From UHGV virus genome UHGV-2091278: a stretch of 17,075 bases of DNA; one strand, given 5' to 3'. Below, piece by piece: positions 1-8,698 of this stretch. The DNA is from a virus. Position numbers and translations under genes: made by a program. The notes under the pieces were generated by a model. The model saw only the letters and a list, made by a program, of their open reading frames with translations, was not told the origin of the DNA and did no database searches. Position 1 is the first letter of the stretch, and every line of letters starts with the position of its first letter.

Positions 1-1230
1 GACCTGATTGCGCGCACTAAAGCTGCATTACAGAAGAACCCGAAAAATGTGTTGCTGGCGGTGTGCTGGATGCAGGGCGAATTTGACATGAGCGCTGCCA
101 CCTACGCACAGCAACCGGACCTGTTCACGGCCATGCTGAAGCAGTTCCGTACTGACCTTTCCGGATTTAACGCGCAGTGCCATGGCGGCAGTGCTGCAGT
201 TGTACCGTGGATTTGTGGCGACACGACGTATTACTGGAAAAACACATACGGCACACAGTATGACTCCGTCTACGGCGCGTACAAAAACAGGGAGAGCGAC
301 AACGTTTTCTTTGTGCCGTTCATGACCGACGGTAACGGCAACAACACGCCCACCAACTTACCGGCAGAAGACCCGGATATTGCTGATGCAGGTTATTACG
401 GCGCGCAATCCCGTAGTAATGGTAATTGGGTATCGTCAAATCGTCCGACACATTTCAGTTCATGGGCGCGCAGGGGCATTATTTCGGATCGCCTGGCAAC
501 CGCTATTCTGAACGCAGTTGGTCGAACCAGCGCCTTCATCAGCGGTACCGCACCGGAGATTAAACCCTCGCCCGGCGGCGACACGCCATCGGGGCCGTCT
601 GATGGTGACACATCCGTTCGTACAGTCTCCCTGCTGCCGACAGCCGGAGAGGCTGCTGCGCAGGGCTGGACCATCACCGGCGGCAGTGTTGCGCTGGAAG
701 ATGGTGTGTTTAAGGTTACCAAGCAGAGCAATAAAACCTGGTCCCTGATGCATCCGGTGGATGACGCAGTCTCCCTGCTGACACGGGGTGGCAGACTGAG
801 CTGTAAGTTTCGACTGTCAGGCGCACTGACCAACAACCAGTTCGGTCTGGGAATTTATCTGTATACCGATGTAGCGTTACCTGACGTCGTGGCGATGACC
901 GGGACTGGTAACCCGTTCCTGATGTCGTTCTTCACCCAGACCACAGACGGCAAACTGAATCTGATGCATCACAGGAAAGCAGGAAACACAAAGTTGGGCG
1001 AGTTCGGGAATTACAGTAACGACTGGCAGACGCTGGAGCTGGTGTTCACCGCCGGCAGTGCCACGGTTACTCCGAAACTGAATGGAGTGGCTGGCCCGGC
1101 ATTCCAGGTCATAAAAGACAGTCTGACACTGGGGCTGAATGCGCTGACGTTAACTGATATCACTAAAAATGCCGCGTACGGCGTCGATATCGGCAGCCTG
1201 GTGCTGGAAATCAATAATCCCGCAGCATAA
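1..1230 (+). CDS. 5'-truncated CDS; C-terminal part of a SASA/SGNH-type esterase-like protein (NanS-p-like sialate O-acetylesterase) followed by a ~200-aa beta-rich putative carbohydrate-binding domain
   Basis: Reading frame is open from base 1 (the track start at 49 is an internal Met); stop TAA at 1228-1230. Motif ...VCWMQGEFD... resembles the esterase QGE(S/N) region as I remember it. Lies 23 nt upstream of R on the same strand. Confidence 0.45.
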   Translation, partial: DLIARTKAALQKNPKNVLLAVCWMQGEFDMSAATYAQQPDLFTAMLKQFRTDLSGFNAQCHGGSAAVVPWICGDTTYYWKNTYGTQYDSVYGAYKNRESDNVFFVPFMTDGNGNNTPTNLPAEDPDIADAGYYGAQSRSNGNWVSSNRPTHFSSWARRGIISDRLATAILNAVGRTSAFISGTAPEIKPSPGGDTPSGPSDGDTSVRTVSLLPTAGEAAAQGWTITGGSVALEDGVFKVTKQSNKTWSLMHPVDDAVSLLTRGGRLSCKFRLSGALTNNQFGLGIYLYTDVALPDVVAMTGTGNPFLMSFFTQTTDGKLNLMHHRKAGNTKLGEFGNYSNDWQTLELVFTAGSATVTPKLNGVAGPAFQVIKDSLTLGLNALTLTDITKNAAYGVDIGSLVLEINNPAA

Positions 1231-1253
1231 GGAAGAGCAGGAGAGCAAAACAG

Positions 1254-1721
1254 ATGCTTAAGACAAACAGTCTGCGAGAGTCCATGCTTCATGGGTGTCG
1301 GTGGTGCCAGGCTAATCCCGAGAAATTCACCATTTTCGTGGAGAGCGGCAACATTGAAACGACCGGAGAAGCGCCCTCGTTTGTTTACCGCTATCAGATG
1401 GTGATGTTTGTCATGGATTACGCCGGAGAGCTGGACGACCTCACGCTGCCGCTGCTGGCGTGGTTATCCGAAAATCAGCCACAGTTGTTGCTCAATCCGG
1501 AGCGTAATCAGGACATCAAATTTTCTGCCGTTATCAATGACGATGACAGCGCCGATCTCCTGTTTACGCTCCCCCTGCGGGAACGCGTTCGCATCACGCG
1601 CAACAGTCAGGGCACACCGCAGGCAGAACACCTGCCGGAGCCAAAACCCCGTCTGCCCTCTTCCGAAGGCGACTGGTCGCATGTATTCCAGGATGTGACG
1701 TGGGGTGAAAGCGATGGATAA
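1254..1721 (+). CDS. R: P2 gpR-like tail completion protein
   Basis: 155 aa; N-terminus MLKTNSLR... and ...LPLLAWLSENQP... match my memory of P2 gpR (MLKPDSLR..., VPVLAWLRENQP). SD GGAGAG 8 nt upstream of ATG. Confidence 0.8.
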   Translation: MLKTNSLRESMLHGCRWCQANPEKFTIFVESGNIETTGEAPSFVYRYQMVMFVMDYAGELDDLTLPLLAWLSENQPQLLLNPERNQDIKFSAVINDDDSADLLFTLPLRERVRITRNSQGTPQAEHLPEPKPRLPSSEGDWSHVFQDVTWGESDG

Positions 1722-2349
1722 GGCATTCACCAGCGTGGATGAAACCTTTGAGGCTATCCGCGACAGCCTGAATCAGCAGGCCATCAATAACATCGCCAGA
1801 AAGCTGGCACAGGATTTACGTCGCGCCCAGCAGGCACGTATCCGATCACAAAAAGCGCCGGACGGGACCGAATGGACACCACGCAGACGCCGCGTAACCC
1901 GGATACAGGAGCGCATTCGCTTTATCTGGAATAACGAAGCACGCACGCTGAAAAACTGGCATCACGACACGGGGAAATACGGGCGAACCATTACCGGGTG
2001 GGATGAGGATAAAAACAATATCCGCACGTTTTACCGGGATGACATCGACCGTTTTCTGGAAATACGCACCCGGCGCATCAACCAGGACAGCACAAAGCGC
2101 GTCCCCATGTTCGTAAAACTGCGCACCGCCCGCTACCTGAAAGCCCGTGCAGATGCCTCCGGTGTGACGGTGGGTTACAGCGGCGTGGCCGCACGTATTG
2201 CACGCGTTCATCAGTTCGGTGAGCGCGATCAGGTTGCGCCGGGCATTTTCACCGATTACCCGGTACGTGAGCTGTTGGGTATCAGCCAGGCAGATGAGCG
2301 CCTGATTTATAACACGGTGCTGGGCCGGATTGCGGAGGCTGTACGGTGA
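1714..2349 (+). CDS. S: P2 gpS-like tail completion / virion morphogenesis protein
   Basis: Open frame 1705-2349 immediately after R and before V; ATG at 1714 overlaps the R stop (ATGGATAA). GTG at 1705 is an alternative start. Size and position fit the phage virion morphogenesis (gpS) family. Confidence 0.6.
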   Translation: MDKAFTSVDETFEAIRDSLNQQAINNIARKLAQDLRRAQQARIRSQKAPDGTEWTPRRRRVTRIQERIRFIWNNEARTLKNWHHDTGKYGRTITGWDEDKNNIRTFYRDDIDRFLEIRTRRINQDSTKRVPMFVKLRTARYLKARADASGVTVGYSGVAARIARVHQFGERDQVAPGIFTDYPVRELLGISQADERLIYNTVLGRIAEAVR

Positions 2350-2927
2350 GCGCAGAACTCATGCGACTGCTGAGCAACATCATCCGCACCGGGATCATCT
2401 CTGAAGTTGATGAGAAGTCCTGGCGCGTGCGCGTTCGCAGCGGCGAACTGGAAACAGGCTGGTTGCGCTGGAACACCACGCGCGCGGGAGCCTTCAATGT
2501 GTGGCTGCCGCCATCACCAGGCGAACAGGTGGTAATTGCCTGCATTGGCGGCAACCCGGAAACCGCCATGATAATTGGCAGCCTGTGGAGTGATGCCAGT
2601 CCGGCCCCCGGCAAAAGCCTGAAAGAAATCGTGGTCAGCGCGCCGGATGGCGCGGTGTTCCGCTACGACGCAGACGCTGGCGCACTGAGCGCCAGCGGCA
2701 TGAAAACAGCCACCCTGCAGGCATCCGTCAGCGTGACACTGGATACGCCCGTCGTGGAATGCACAAACCTTCTGAGAACAGCGACGCTTGACGTCACAAA
2801 AGGGGGAAAGATGAGCGGCAATATCACGCACAGCGGCGGCAACTTCACCTCAAACGGCATCACAGTGCATACGCATAAACACGGTGGTGTGAAAGGCGGC
2901 AGCGATTCGACAGGAGGCCCGCAGTGA
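2346..2927 (+). CDS. V: P2 gpV-like baseplate central spike protein
   Basis: 193 aa; ...IRTGII...E, WLRW, HTHKHGG... pattern as in P2 gpV; GTG start overlaps S stop (GTGA). ATG at 2361 is an alternative start. Confidence 0.85.
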   Translation: MSAELMRLLSNIIRTGIISEVDEKSWRVRVRSGELETGWLRWNTTRAGAFNVWLPPSPGEQVVIACIGGNPETAMIIGSLWSDASPAPGKSLKEIVVSAPDGAVFRYDADAGALSASGMKTATLQASVSVTLDTPVVECTNLLRTATLDVTKGGKMSGNITHSGGNFTSNGITVHTHKHGGVKGGSDSTGGPQ

Positions 2928-3274
2928 CAACCCGCTACACAGGAATGAATCCGGACGGGACGGGAAACCTGAATGATATGGAGCACCTGAAACAGTCAGC
3001 CAGGGACATCCTGACCACCCCGCTGGCCAGCCGGGTTATGCGACGGGAATATGGCAGCCTTGTACCTGATTTGATTGACGAACCCATGAATAACACCACG
3101 CGTCTGCAATGCATGAGTGCTGCCGTGATTGCGCTGACACGATGGGAACCCCGCATTGCCCTGGACGCCATCGACGTTGTCTGGAAAGCGGGAGGCCGCG
3201 CCGGGGTGACGCTGTCGGGCACTGTCATGCAGACCATGCAGAATGTTGAGTTAACCATCACGCTGAGGGAGTAA
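2924..3274 (+). CDS. W: P2 gpW-like baseplate wedge protein (gp25/lysozyme-like fold family)
   Basis: 116 aa; MTTRYTGMN...RVMRREYGS...WEPR closely parallels P2 gpW (MTARYLGMN...RVMRRDYGS...WEPR). GTG start overlaps V stop, SD AGGAGG upstream. Confidence 0.85.
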   Translation: MTTRYTGMNPDGTGNLNDMEHLKQSARDILTTPLASRVMRREYGSLVPDLIDEPMNNTTRLQCMSAAVIALTRWEPRIALDAIDVVWKAGGRAGVTLSGTVMQTMQNVELTITLRE

Positions 3275-3277
3275 ATC

Positions 3278-4174
3278 ATGCCTGCTGTTGACCTTTCCCA
3301 GTTACCGGAACCCGCCATCATCGCGAAGCCTGATTTTGAGGCAATTCTGGCTGACACAAAGGCCATGATGATTGCGTCCTATCCTGCCGAACAGCGTGAA
3401 GCCGTCTCCGCCGCGCTGGAGCTGGAATCGGAACCCCTGAACGTTATCGCCCAGACAACAGCGTTTCGTGAAATGCTGTTACGCCAGCGGGTCAATGAGG
3501 GTGCACGCGCCTGCATGTTAAGCCACAGCGCCGGGACAGACCTGGACAACCTCGCGGGCAATATGAACACAAAGCGCCTGGTTATCACTCCGGCAACGGA
3601 TACCACCGACGCGGTGATGGAAAGCGACACATCGCTGAGACTGCGGGCGCAACGGGCGTATGACGGTCTGAGTGTTGCTGGCCCGTCAGGCGCATACGAG
3701 TATTTTGCACGCAGCGCCAGCGGTCTGGTACGCGACGCGCGAGCCATCAGCCCGTCTCCGGCCAACGTGACGGTTTCCATCCTGTCCACTGAAGGCGACG
3801 GCACAGCAACGGAGGCGTTGCTTAATACCGTTCGCGCCGTTCTGAATGCAGAGGATACCCGCCCGGTGGCCGACCGCCTGACCGTACAGAGCGCCAGAAT
3901 CGTGACATGGCGGCTGAATGCAAAACTGTACTTTTACCCCGGCCCGGAATCCGAACCTATTCTGGCCGCGGCTGAATCGTCGTTCAGGAAGTGGCTGGCT
4001 GAGCAGGGGCTTATCGGTCAGGACGTGGCGTTGTCCGCCATTGCTGCCGCACTGCATGTGCACGGTGTGCAACGCGTGGAGATAATCGAACCCACACAGA
4101 ATATGGCCATCAGCGACATACAGGCGGCGCGCTGTGAGTCATTCACCATCAGCGAAGGTGGACGCAATGAGTAA
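3278..4174 (+). CDS. J: P2 gpJ-like baseplate protein
   Basis: 298 aa; MP..DL.QLP...SEPL...RPVADR.TVQSA...LYFYPGPESEPI... is collinear with P2 gpJ; SD GAGGGA 7 nt upstream. Confidence 0.85.
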   Translation: MPAVDLSQLPEPAIIAKPDFEAILADTKAMMIASYPAEQREAVSAALELESEPLNVIAQTTAFREMLLRQRVNEGARACMLSHSAGTDLDNLAGNMNTKRLVITPATDTTDAVMESDTSLRLRAQRAYDGLSVAGPSGAYEYFARSASGLVRDARAISPSPANVTVSILSTEGDGTATEALLNTVRAVLNAEDTRPVADRLTVQSARIVTWRLNAKLYFYPGPESEPILAAAESSFRKWLAEQGLIGQDVALSAIAAALHVHGVQRVEIIEPTQNMAISDIQAARCESFTISEGGRNE

Positions 4175-4697
4175 TTCGTTGTTACCACCATCAGCCAGCA
4201 ATTTCATGCGTTGTGCCGAAGCCGTCGGAACACGCATTACAGACATTCCGGTAGACCTCAACACGCTGTGGTCGCCGGACACCTGCCCGGTGCATCTGCT
4301 GCCTTATCTCGCCTGGGCGTTTTCCGTTGACCGCTGGGATCGCAACTGGCCGGAAGAGACAAAGCGACAGGTGATTCGTGATGCATGGCTGATACACCGA
4401 CACAAAGGGACCATCAGCGCACTGCGCAGGGCCATTGAGCCGCTGGGATACCTCATTCGCGTGTCTGAGTGGTGGGAGTTCGGCGGAGAACCGGGAACAT
4501 TTACCGTTGAAGTCGGCACGCTGGACAGTGGCGTGACGGAGGAAATGTATCTGGAAATGGAGCGGTTGATTGCTGATGCCCGCCCGGTCAGCCGCCACAT
4601 GACAGGGCTGAATATCATTCAGGAGATCCCGGGGGATATTTTCGCGGCGGCAGCAACTTACGACGGTGAAGTCATTACCATTTATCCGGACGATTAA
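4167..4697 (+). CDS. I: P2 gpI-like baseplate protein
   Basis: Track ORF starts at 4134, but homology to P2 gpI begins at MSNSLLPP (ATG 4167, overlapping the J stop). ...[25 protein letters not shown]...HKGTI...[14 protein letters not shown]... matches gpI. Confidence 0.85.
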   Translation: MSNSLLPPSASNFMRCAEAVGTRITDIPVDLNTLWSPDTCPVHLLPYLAWAFSVDRWDRNWPEETKRQVIRDAWLIHRHKGTISALRRAIEPLGYLIRVSEWWEFGGEPGTFTVEVGTLDSGVTEEMYLEMERLIADARPVSRHMTGLNIIQEIPGDIFAAAATYDGEVITIYPDD

Positions 4698-4699
4698 GC

Positions 4700-6847
4700 A
4701 TGAGTACCACAACACGAAAATTTAAAACCATTATCACTGATACTGGTGCCAAAAAATTAGCTCAGGCTGCCGCGCCAGATGGTAATCCTGTCCGCCTGAC
4801 TCATATGGCCGTGGGCGACGGTGGCGGCACGTTGCCCACACCAGACAGTAAGCAGATCCGTCTGGTGCATGAGGTGTGGCGACATACTGTTAATCGCGTC
4901 ATCCTGGACGCAACACATCAGAACCGCATTATTGCGGAGCTGGTTATTCCTCCTGAAACGGGCGGATTCTGGATCCGGGAAATTGGTGTATTTGATGAGC
5001 ACGGCGATTTGATCGCGGTGGGCAATACTGCCGAAAGTTACAAACCAACCGTTGCCGAAGGATCCGGACGTGCACAAACATTTCGCACCATTCTGACCGT
5101 ATCCAGCACTGCCACCGTGGCGCTTACCGTGGATAACACCATGGTAATGGCCACAGTGGATTACGTGAATGACAAACTGAAAGAACATGAACAGTCACGA
5201 CGTCACCCGGACGCCTCGCTGACCGCAAAAGGCTTTGTTCAACTCAGTAGCGACACTAACAGCGTGTCTGAAACGCAGGCTGCAACGCCGAAAGCAGTAA
5301 AGGCCGCGTATGATCTTGCTAACGGGAAATATACTGCGCAGGATGCCACCACAGCGCGAAAAGGCCTTGTCCAGCTCAGTAGCGCCACCAACAGCGATTC
5401 TGAAACGCTGGCGGCAACACCAATGGCGGTAAAGGCAGCATATGACCTTGCTAACGGGAAATATACTGCGCAGGATGCCACCACAGCGCGGAAAGGCCTT
5501 GTCCAGCTCAGTAGCGCCACCAACAGCACGTCTGAAGCACTGGCCGCAACACCGAAAGCGGTAAAGACAGCATATGACCTTGCTAACGGGAAATATACCG
5601 CTCAGGACGCTACGACAGCACAAAAAGGGATTGTCCAGCTAAGCAGCGCGACTAACAGCACATCTGAAACGCTTGCCGCGACACCGAAAGCAGTGAAAGC
5701 AGCTAATGACAATGCGAATGGTCGGGTACCTTCTGCCCGTAAGGTGAATGGTAAGGCGCTTTCAGCGGATATTACACTGACGCCGAAAGATATTGGTACG
5801 CTTAACTCAACAACTATGTCATTTAGCGGTGGTGCTGGTTGGTTCAAATTAGCAACGGTAACCATGCCGCAGGCGAGTTCTGTTGTTTCAATTACGTTGA
5901 TTGGTGGGGCTGGATATAACGTCGGTTCACCTCAACAGGCAGGTATATCTGAACTTGTTTTGCGTGCAGGTAATGGTAATCCGAAGGGGATTACTGGTGC
6001 TTTATGGCAGCGCACATCGACAGGGTTTACAAATTTTGCCTGGGTCAATACATCTGGTGATACTTACGATATTTACGTTGCAATCGGAAATTATGCGACT
6101 GGTGTAAATATTCAATGGGATTATACCAGTAATGCCAGCGTAACGATTCATACGTCACCAGCATATTCTGCTAATAAGCCGGAAGGGTTAACGGACGGTA
6201 CAGTTTATTCACTCTATACGCCATCAGAGCAGTTTTATCCGCCTGGCGCACCAATCCCGTGGCCATCGGATACCGTTCCGTCTGGTTATGCCCTGATGCA
6301 GGGGCAGACTTTTGACAAATCTGCCTACCCGAAACTTGCAGTCGCTTATCCGTCAGGCGTGATCCCTGATATGCGTGGCTGGACGATTAAGGGCAAGCCC
6401 GCCAGTGGTCGTGCCGTATTGTCTCAGGAACAGGACGGCATTAAATCGCACACCCACAGCGCCAGTGCATCCAGTACGGATTTGGGGACGAAAACCACAT
6501 CGTCGTTTGATTACGGTACTAAAACGACCAGTTCATTTGATTACGGCACAAAAACCACAAATAGCGCAGGAGCTCATTCACACAATATACCTGTTGGTCA
6601 CACTGGCGCGGGGAATGGTGTATCAGCCGGTTATAACGCTGCGTTAGGTACTGGTACCACGTCGAGCGCAGGAGGGCATGCTCACAATGTATATATCGGT
6701 GCCCATAACCACACTATCGGCATTGGTGCTCATGCCCATTCTGTCATTATTGGTCCCCACGGACACACCATCACCGTTAATGCTACGGGGAACGCAGAAA
6801 ACACCGTAAAAAACATCGCATTTAACTATATTGTGAGGCTTGCATAA
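4700..6847 (+). CDS. H: P2 gpH-like tail fibre protein, conserved N-terminal attachment domain, variable repeat-rich shaft and His-rich C-terminal tip
   Basis: 715 aa; N-terminus [23 protein letters not shown]... is typical of P2/Mu/P1-type fibres; internal 44-aa repeats; C-terminal HxH motifs and ...[11 protein letters not shown] terminus. Confidence 0.85.
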   Translation: MSTTTRKFKTIITDTGAKKLAQAAAPDGNPVRLTHMAVGDGGGTLPTPDSKQIRLVHEVWRHTVNRVILDATHQNRIIAELVIPPETGGFWIREIGVFDEHGDLIAVGNTAESYKPTVAEGSGRAQTFRTILTVSSTATVALTVDNTMVMATVDYVNDKLKEHEQSRRHPDASLTAKGFVQLSSDTNSVSETQAATPKAVKAAYDLANGKYTAQDATTARKGLVQLSSATNSDSETLAATPMAVKAAYDLANGKYTAQDATTARKGLVQLSSATNSTSEALAATPKAVKTAYDLANGKYTAQDATTAQKGIVQLSSATNSTSETLAATPKAVKAANDNANGRVPSARKVNGKALSADITLTPKDIGTLNSTTMSFSGGAGWFKLATVTMPQASSVVSITLIGGAGYNVGSPQQAGISELVLRAGNGNPKGITGALWQRTSTGFTNFAWVNTSGDTYDIYVAIGNYATGVNIQWDYTSNASVTIHTSPAYSANKPEGLTDGTVYSLYTPSEQFYPPGAPIPWPSDTVPSGYALMQGQTFDKSAYPKLAVAYPSGVIPDMRGWTIKGKPASGRAVLSQEQDGIKSHTHSASASSTDLGTKTTSSFDYGTKTTSSFDYGTKTTNSAGAHSHNIPVGHTGAGNGVSAGYNAALGTGTTSSAGGHAHNVYIGAHNHTIGIGAHAHSVIIGPHGHTITVNATGNAENTVKNIAFNYIVRLA
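5225..5720. repeat. Four tandem near-identical 132-bp (44-codon) repeats inside the tail fibre gene
   Basis: Repeat unit KG(F/L/I)[35 protein letters not shown](R/Q); the GGC/GGG phase points 5231, 5363, 5495 and 5627 are exactly 132 nt apart. Confidence 0.85.
6485..6565. repeat. Short 30-bp tandem repeat ([10 protein letters not shown] x ~3) in the fibre distal region
   Basis: [10 protein letters not shown] repeated consecutively in the translation; nucleotide period 30. Confidence 0.6.
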
Positions 6848-7425
6848 TGACATTCAGAATGAGTGAACAATCACGGACCATAAAAATTTATAATCTACTG
6901 ACCGGAACCAATGAGTTTATTGGTGAAGGTGATGCATACATTCCACCTCATACAGGTCTGCCTGCAAACAGTACCGATATTGCACCACCAGATATTCCGG
7001 CTGGCTTCGTGGCTGTTTTCAACAGTGATGAGGCATCGTGGCATCTCGTTGAAGACCATCGGGGTAAAACTGTTTATGACGTGGCATCAGGGGACGCGTT
7101 ATTTATTTCTGAACTCGGTCCGTTACCGGAAAATGTTACCTGGTTGTCGCCGGATGGAGAGTGTCAGAAGTGGAACGGCACATCCTGGGTGAAAGATGCA
7201 GAAGCAGAAAAACTGTTTCGGGTAAGGGAGGCAGAAGAAACAAAAAACAGCCTGATGCAGGTAGCCAGTGAGCATATTGCGCCACTTCAGGATGCCGTAG
7301 ATTTGGATATTGCGACGGAGGAAGAGGCATCGTTACTGGCTGCATGGAAGACATATCGGGTATTGTTGAATCGTGTTGATACAACAGTAGCAGCGGATGT
7401 TGAGTGGCCAGTCGCCCCACAATAA
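6847..7425 (+). CDS. G: Tail fibre assembly chaperone (P2 gpG / Tfa-like)
   Basis: 192 aa; ATG overlaps H stop (TAATG); protein resembles Tfa/gpG chaperones; sits directly after the fibre gene. Confidence 0.8.
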   Translation: MTFRMSEQSRTIKIYNLLTGTNEFIGEGDAYIPPHTGLPANSTDIAPPDIPAGFVAVFNSDEASWHLVEDHRGKTVYDVASGDALFISELGPLPENVTWLSPDGECQKWNGTSWVKDAEAEKLFRVREAEETKNSLMQVASEHIAPLQDAVDLDIATEEEASLLAAWKTYRVLLNRVDTTVAADVEWPVAPQ

Positions 7426-7432
7426 AAAGAAA

Positions 7433-7460
7433 AAGCCATCGACAGAAATATCGATGGCTT
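7433..7460. terminator. Bidirectional intrinsic terminator between convergent G and the acetyltransferase gene
   Basis: Perfect 10-bp stem AAGCCATCGA / TCGATGGCTT with 8-nt loop, A-run upstream (AATAAAAAGAAAA) and TTT downstream. Confidence 0.55.
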
Positions 7461-7468
7461 TATGTACT

Positions 7469-8074
7469 CTATTTATACAATACAACACCACTCTTTTTAG
7501 TTATATATGTGCAGTTTGATGGTATATCTTTATTTATAAAAGACATTGCACCTATTTTTACATTATCCCCAATTTTACGTGATAATCCAATGATGCAACA
7601 ATTAGCTCCGATATCAACGTTACTACCAATTTTCACTCTTGAACCAGGCATGTCACCATCTATCTGCCCAATGGTAGTATTCTGTCGTAATACCAGATTT
7701 TCACCCGCATCAACAGCAAAATGAACAACAATTCCAGCATGATGGGGAATTGTTAACCCTTTTCCAATATTTGCTCCTAATCCTATTTCACAACCAAATT
7801 TGTTAATTATTTTACTGTTTAACTTTTTGGCTGCTTTCTTATGTAATTTATTACCATTAATATACATTTCGTTAGCCAACCGCCACCAGAAAAGGAAATT
7901 CCGGTTACGCTGCTTTTTCTCTCTTAAAAGCCTCCAGATATCCATACGTTTCCGCCGAATTACTTCATGTTTCCAGAAGTTTTTTAAATTAGTAGAGTTC
8001 CCAAATAAAACAAAGTGAATTGCCATTAAGTAGGACAGCACGAAAATCTCCTTAATTATTATTTCAGACCACAC
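7469..8074 (-). CDS. Hexapeptide-repeat (left-handed beta-helix) acyltransferase, serine O-acetyltransferase (CysE/WcaB-like) family; A+T-rich cargo (moron) gene
   Basis: 201 aa; C-terminal ...IGLGANIGKGLTIPHHAGIVV...IGQIDGDMPGSRVKIGSNVDIGANCCIIG...IGDNVKIGAMSFI... is the classic [LIV]G hexapeptide pattern and the DG..G.R.P.IG motif of serine acetyltransferases. Visibly lower GC than flanks. Start uncertain (GTG 8074, ATG 8026 or ATG 7945). Confidence 0.65.
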   Translation of the reverse strand: MWSEIIIKEIFVLSYLMAIHFVLFGNSTNLKNFWKHEVIRRKRMDIWRLLREKKQRNRNFLFWWRLANEMYINGNKLHKKAAKKLNSKIINKFGCEIGLGANIGKGLTIPHHAGIVVHFAVDAGENLVLRQNTTIGQIDGDMPGSRVKIGSNVDIGANCCIIGLSRKIGDNVKIGAMSFINKDIPSNCTYITKKSGVVLYK

Positions 8075-8154
8075 ATGTTATAAGGTTAAGAGATTATAAA
8101 ATCCTGTTATTTGTTATTCAAAAACAATTTTCTGAGAAGGACATACAACAGCAA

Positions 8155-8187
8155 GTCGCCAGTCACCTTCATCAGGAAATTGGCGAC
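8155..8187 (-). terminator. Hairpin downstream of U (possible end of the FI-U transcript)
   Basis: 7-bp inverted repeat GTCGCCA...TGGCGAC with 19-nt loop; no clear U-tract, so weak. Confidence 0.2.
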
Positions 8188-8197
8188 ATACGTTAAA

Positions 8198-8692
8198 TCA
8201 GAGCAGCCCCTTAACTGAGCTGGCCGCGCTGTTAAGGGATGATGTCACCTTATCTTTGAAGCCGGACAACATATCGCTGAACGATGAGGATTGCAGGCGC
8301 TCCCGCAAATCCTCATCACAGCGTTCAAGAGTCAGTGAAAATTCTATCTTTTTCGCCTTACCGTAGCGATCAAACTCGGAGCGGGTCGTATTCGTTTCAG
8401 TCAGTACATACATGCCGTAAATCTGCCCGACGCCATCAATCAGAGGCCAGGGGCATCCTGTATATGCCTGCGTGGTCAACAACGACAGCGACACTTCGCC
8501 ACCTGTAATCTCAGGATAAAGAACACCCGAAAGAACGATGCGATCATCACCTGCACCGATATACTGCCAGCTTGCCGAACGGTTAACGCGTTCATTTTTC
8601 ACATGTCGCCAGCTTTTGTTTTGCTGTAACTGCTGATGCGGCAACGTGCGCAACTCAAAAACAAACATGCCGTAGATCATCATCATGGCCAT
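8198..8692 (-). CDS. U: P2 gpU-like tail protein
   Basis: 164 aa; ...LSGVLYPEITGGEVSLSLL...WPLIDG.G.IYGMYV... parallels P2 gpU; SD GAGGAG overlaps the T stop. Confidence 0.85.
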   Translation of the reverse strand: MAMMMIYGMFVFELRTLPHQQLQQNKSWRHVKNERVNRSASWQYIGAGDDRIVLSGVLYPEITGGEVSLSLLTTQAYTGCPWPLIDGVGQIYGMYVLTETNTTRSEFDRYGKAKKIEFSLTLERCDEDLRERLQSSSFSDMLSGFKDKVTSSLNSAASSVKGLL

Positions 8693-8698
8693 GACTCC

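Noticed and set aside
4134-4166. Upstream extension of I (track start at 4134)
   Set aside because: Homology to gpI begins at MSNSLLPP (ATG 4167), which overlaps the J stop in the usual coupled arrangement.
5195-5865. Minus-strand ORFs 5195-5623, 5239-5529 and 5602-5865 with internally repeated translations
   Set aside because: Artefacts of the 132-bp tandem repeats in the H gene read on the opposite strand.
5225-6565. Possibility that the tandem repeats are a CRISPR array or minisatellite
   Set aside because: Repeats are contiguous with no unique spacers, exactly 44 codons long and in frame within a tail fibre gene; no cas genes.
7404-8018. Plus-strand ORFs 7404-7724 and 7800-8018 in the A+T-rich island
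   Set aside because: Antisense to the hexapeptide acetyltransferase gene, crossing the terminator hairpin, low-complexity translations.
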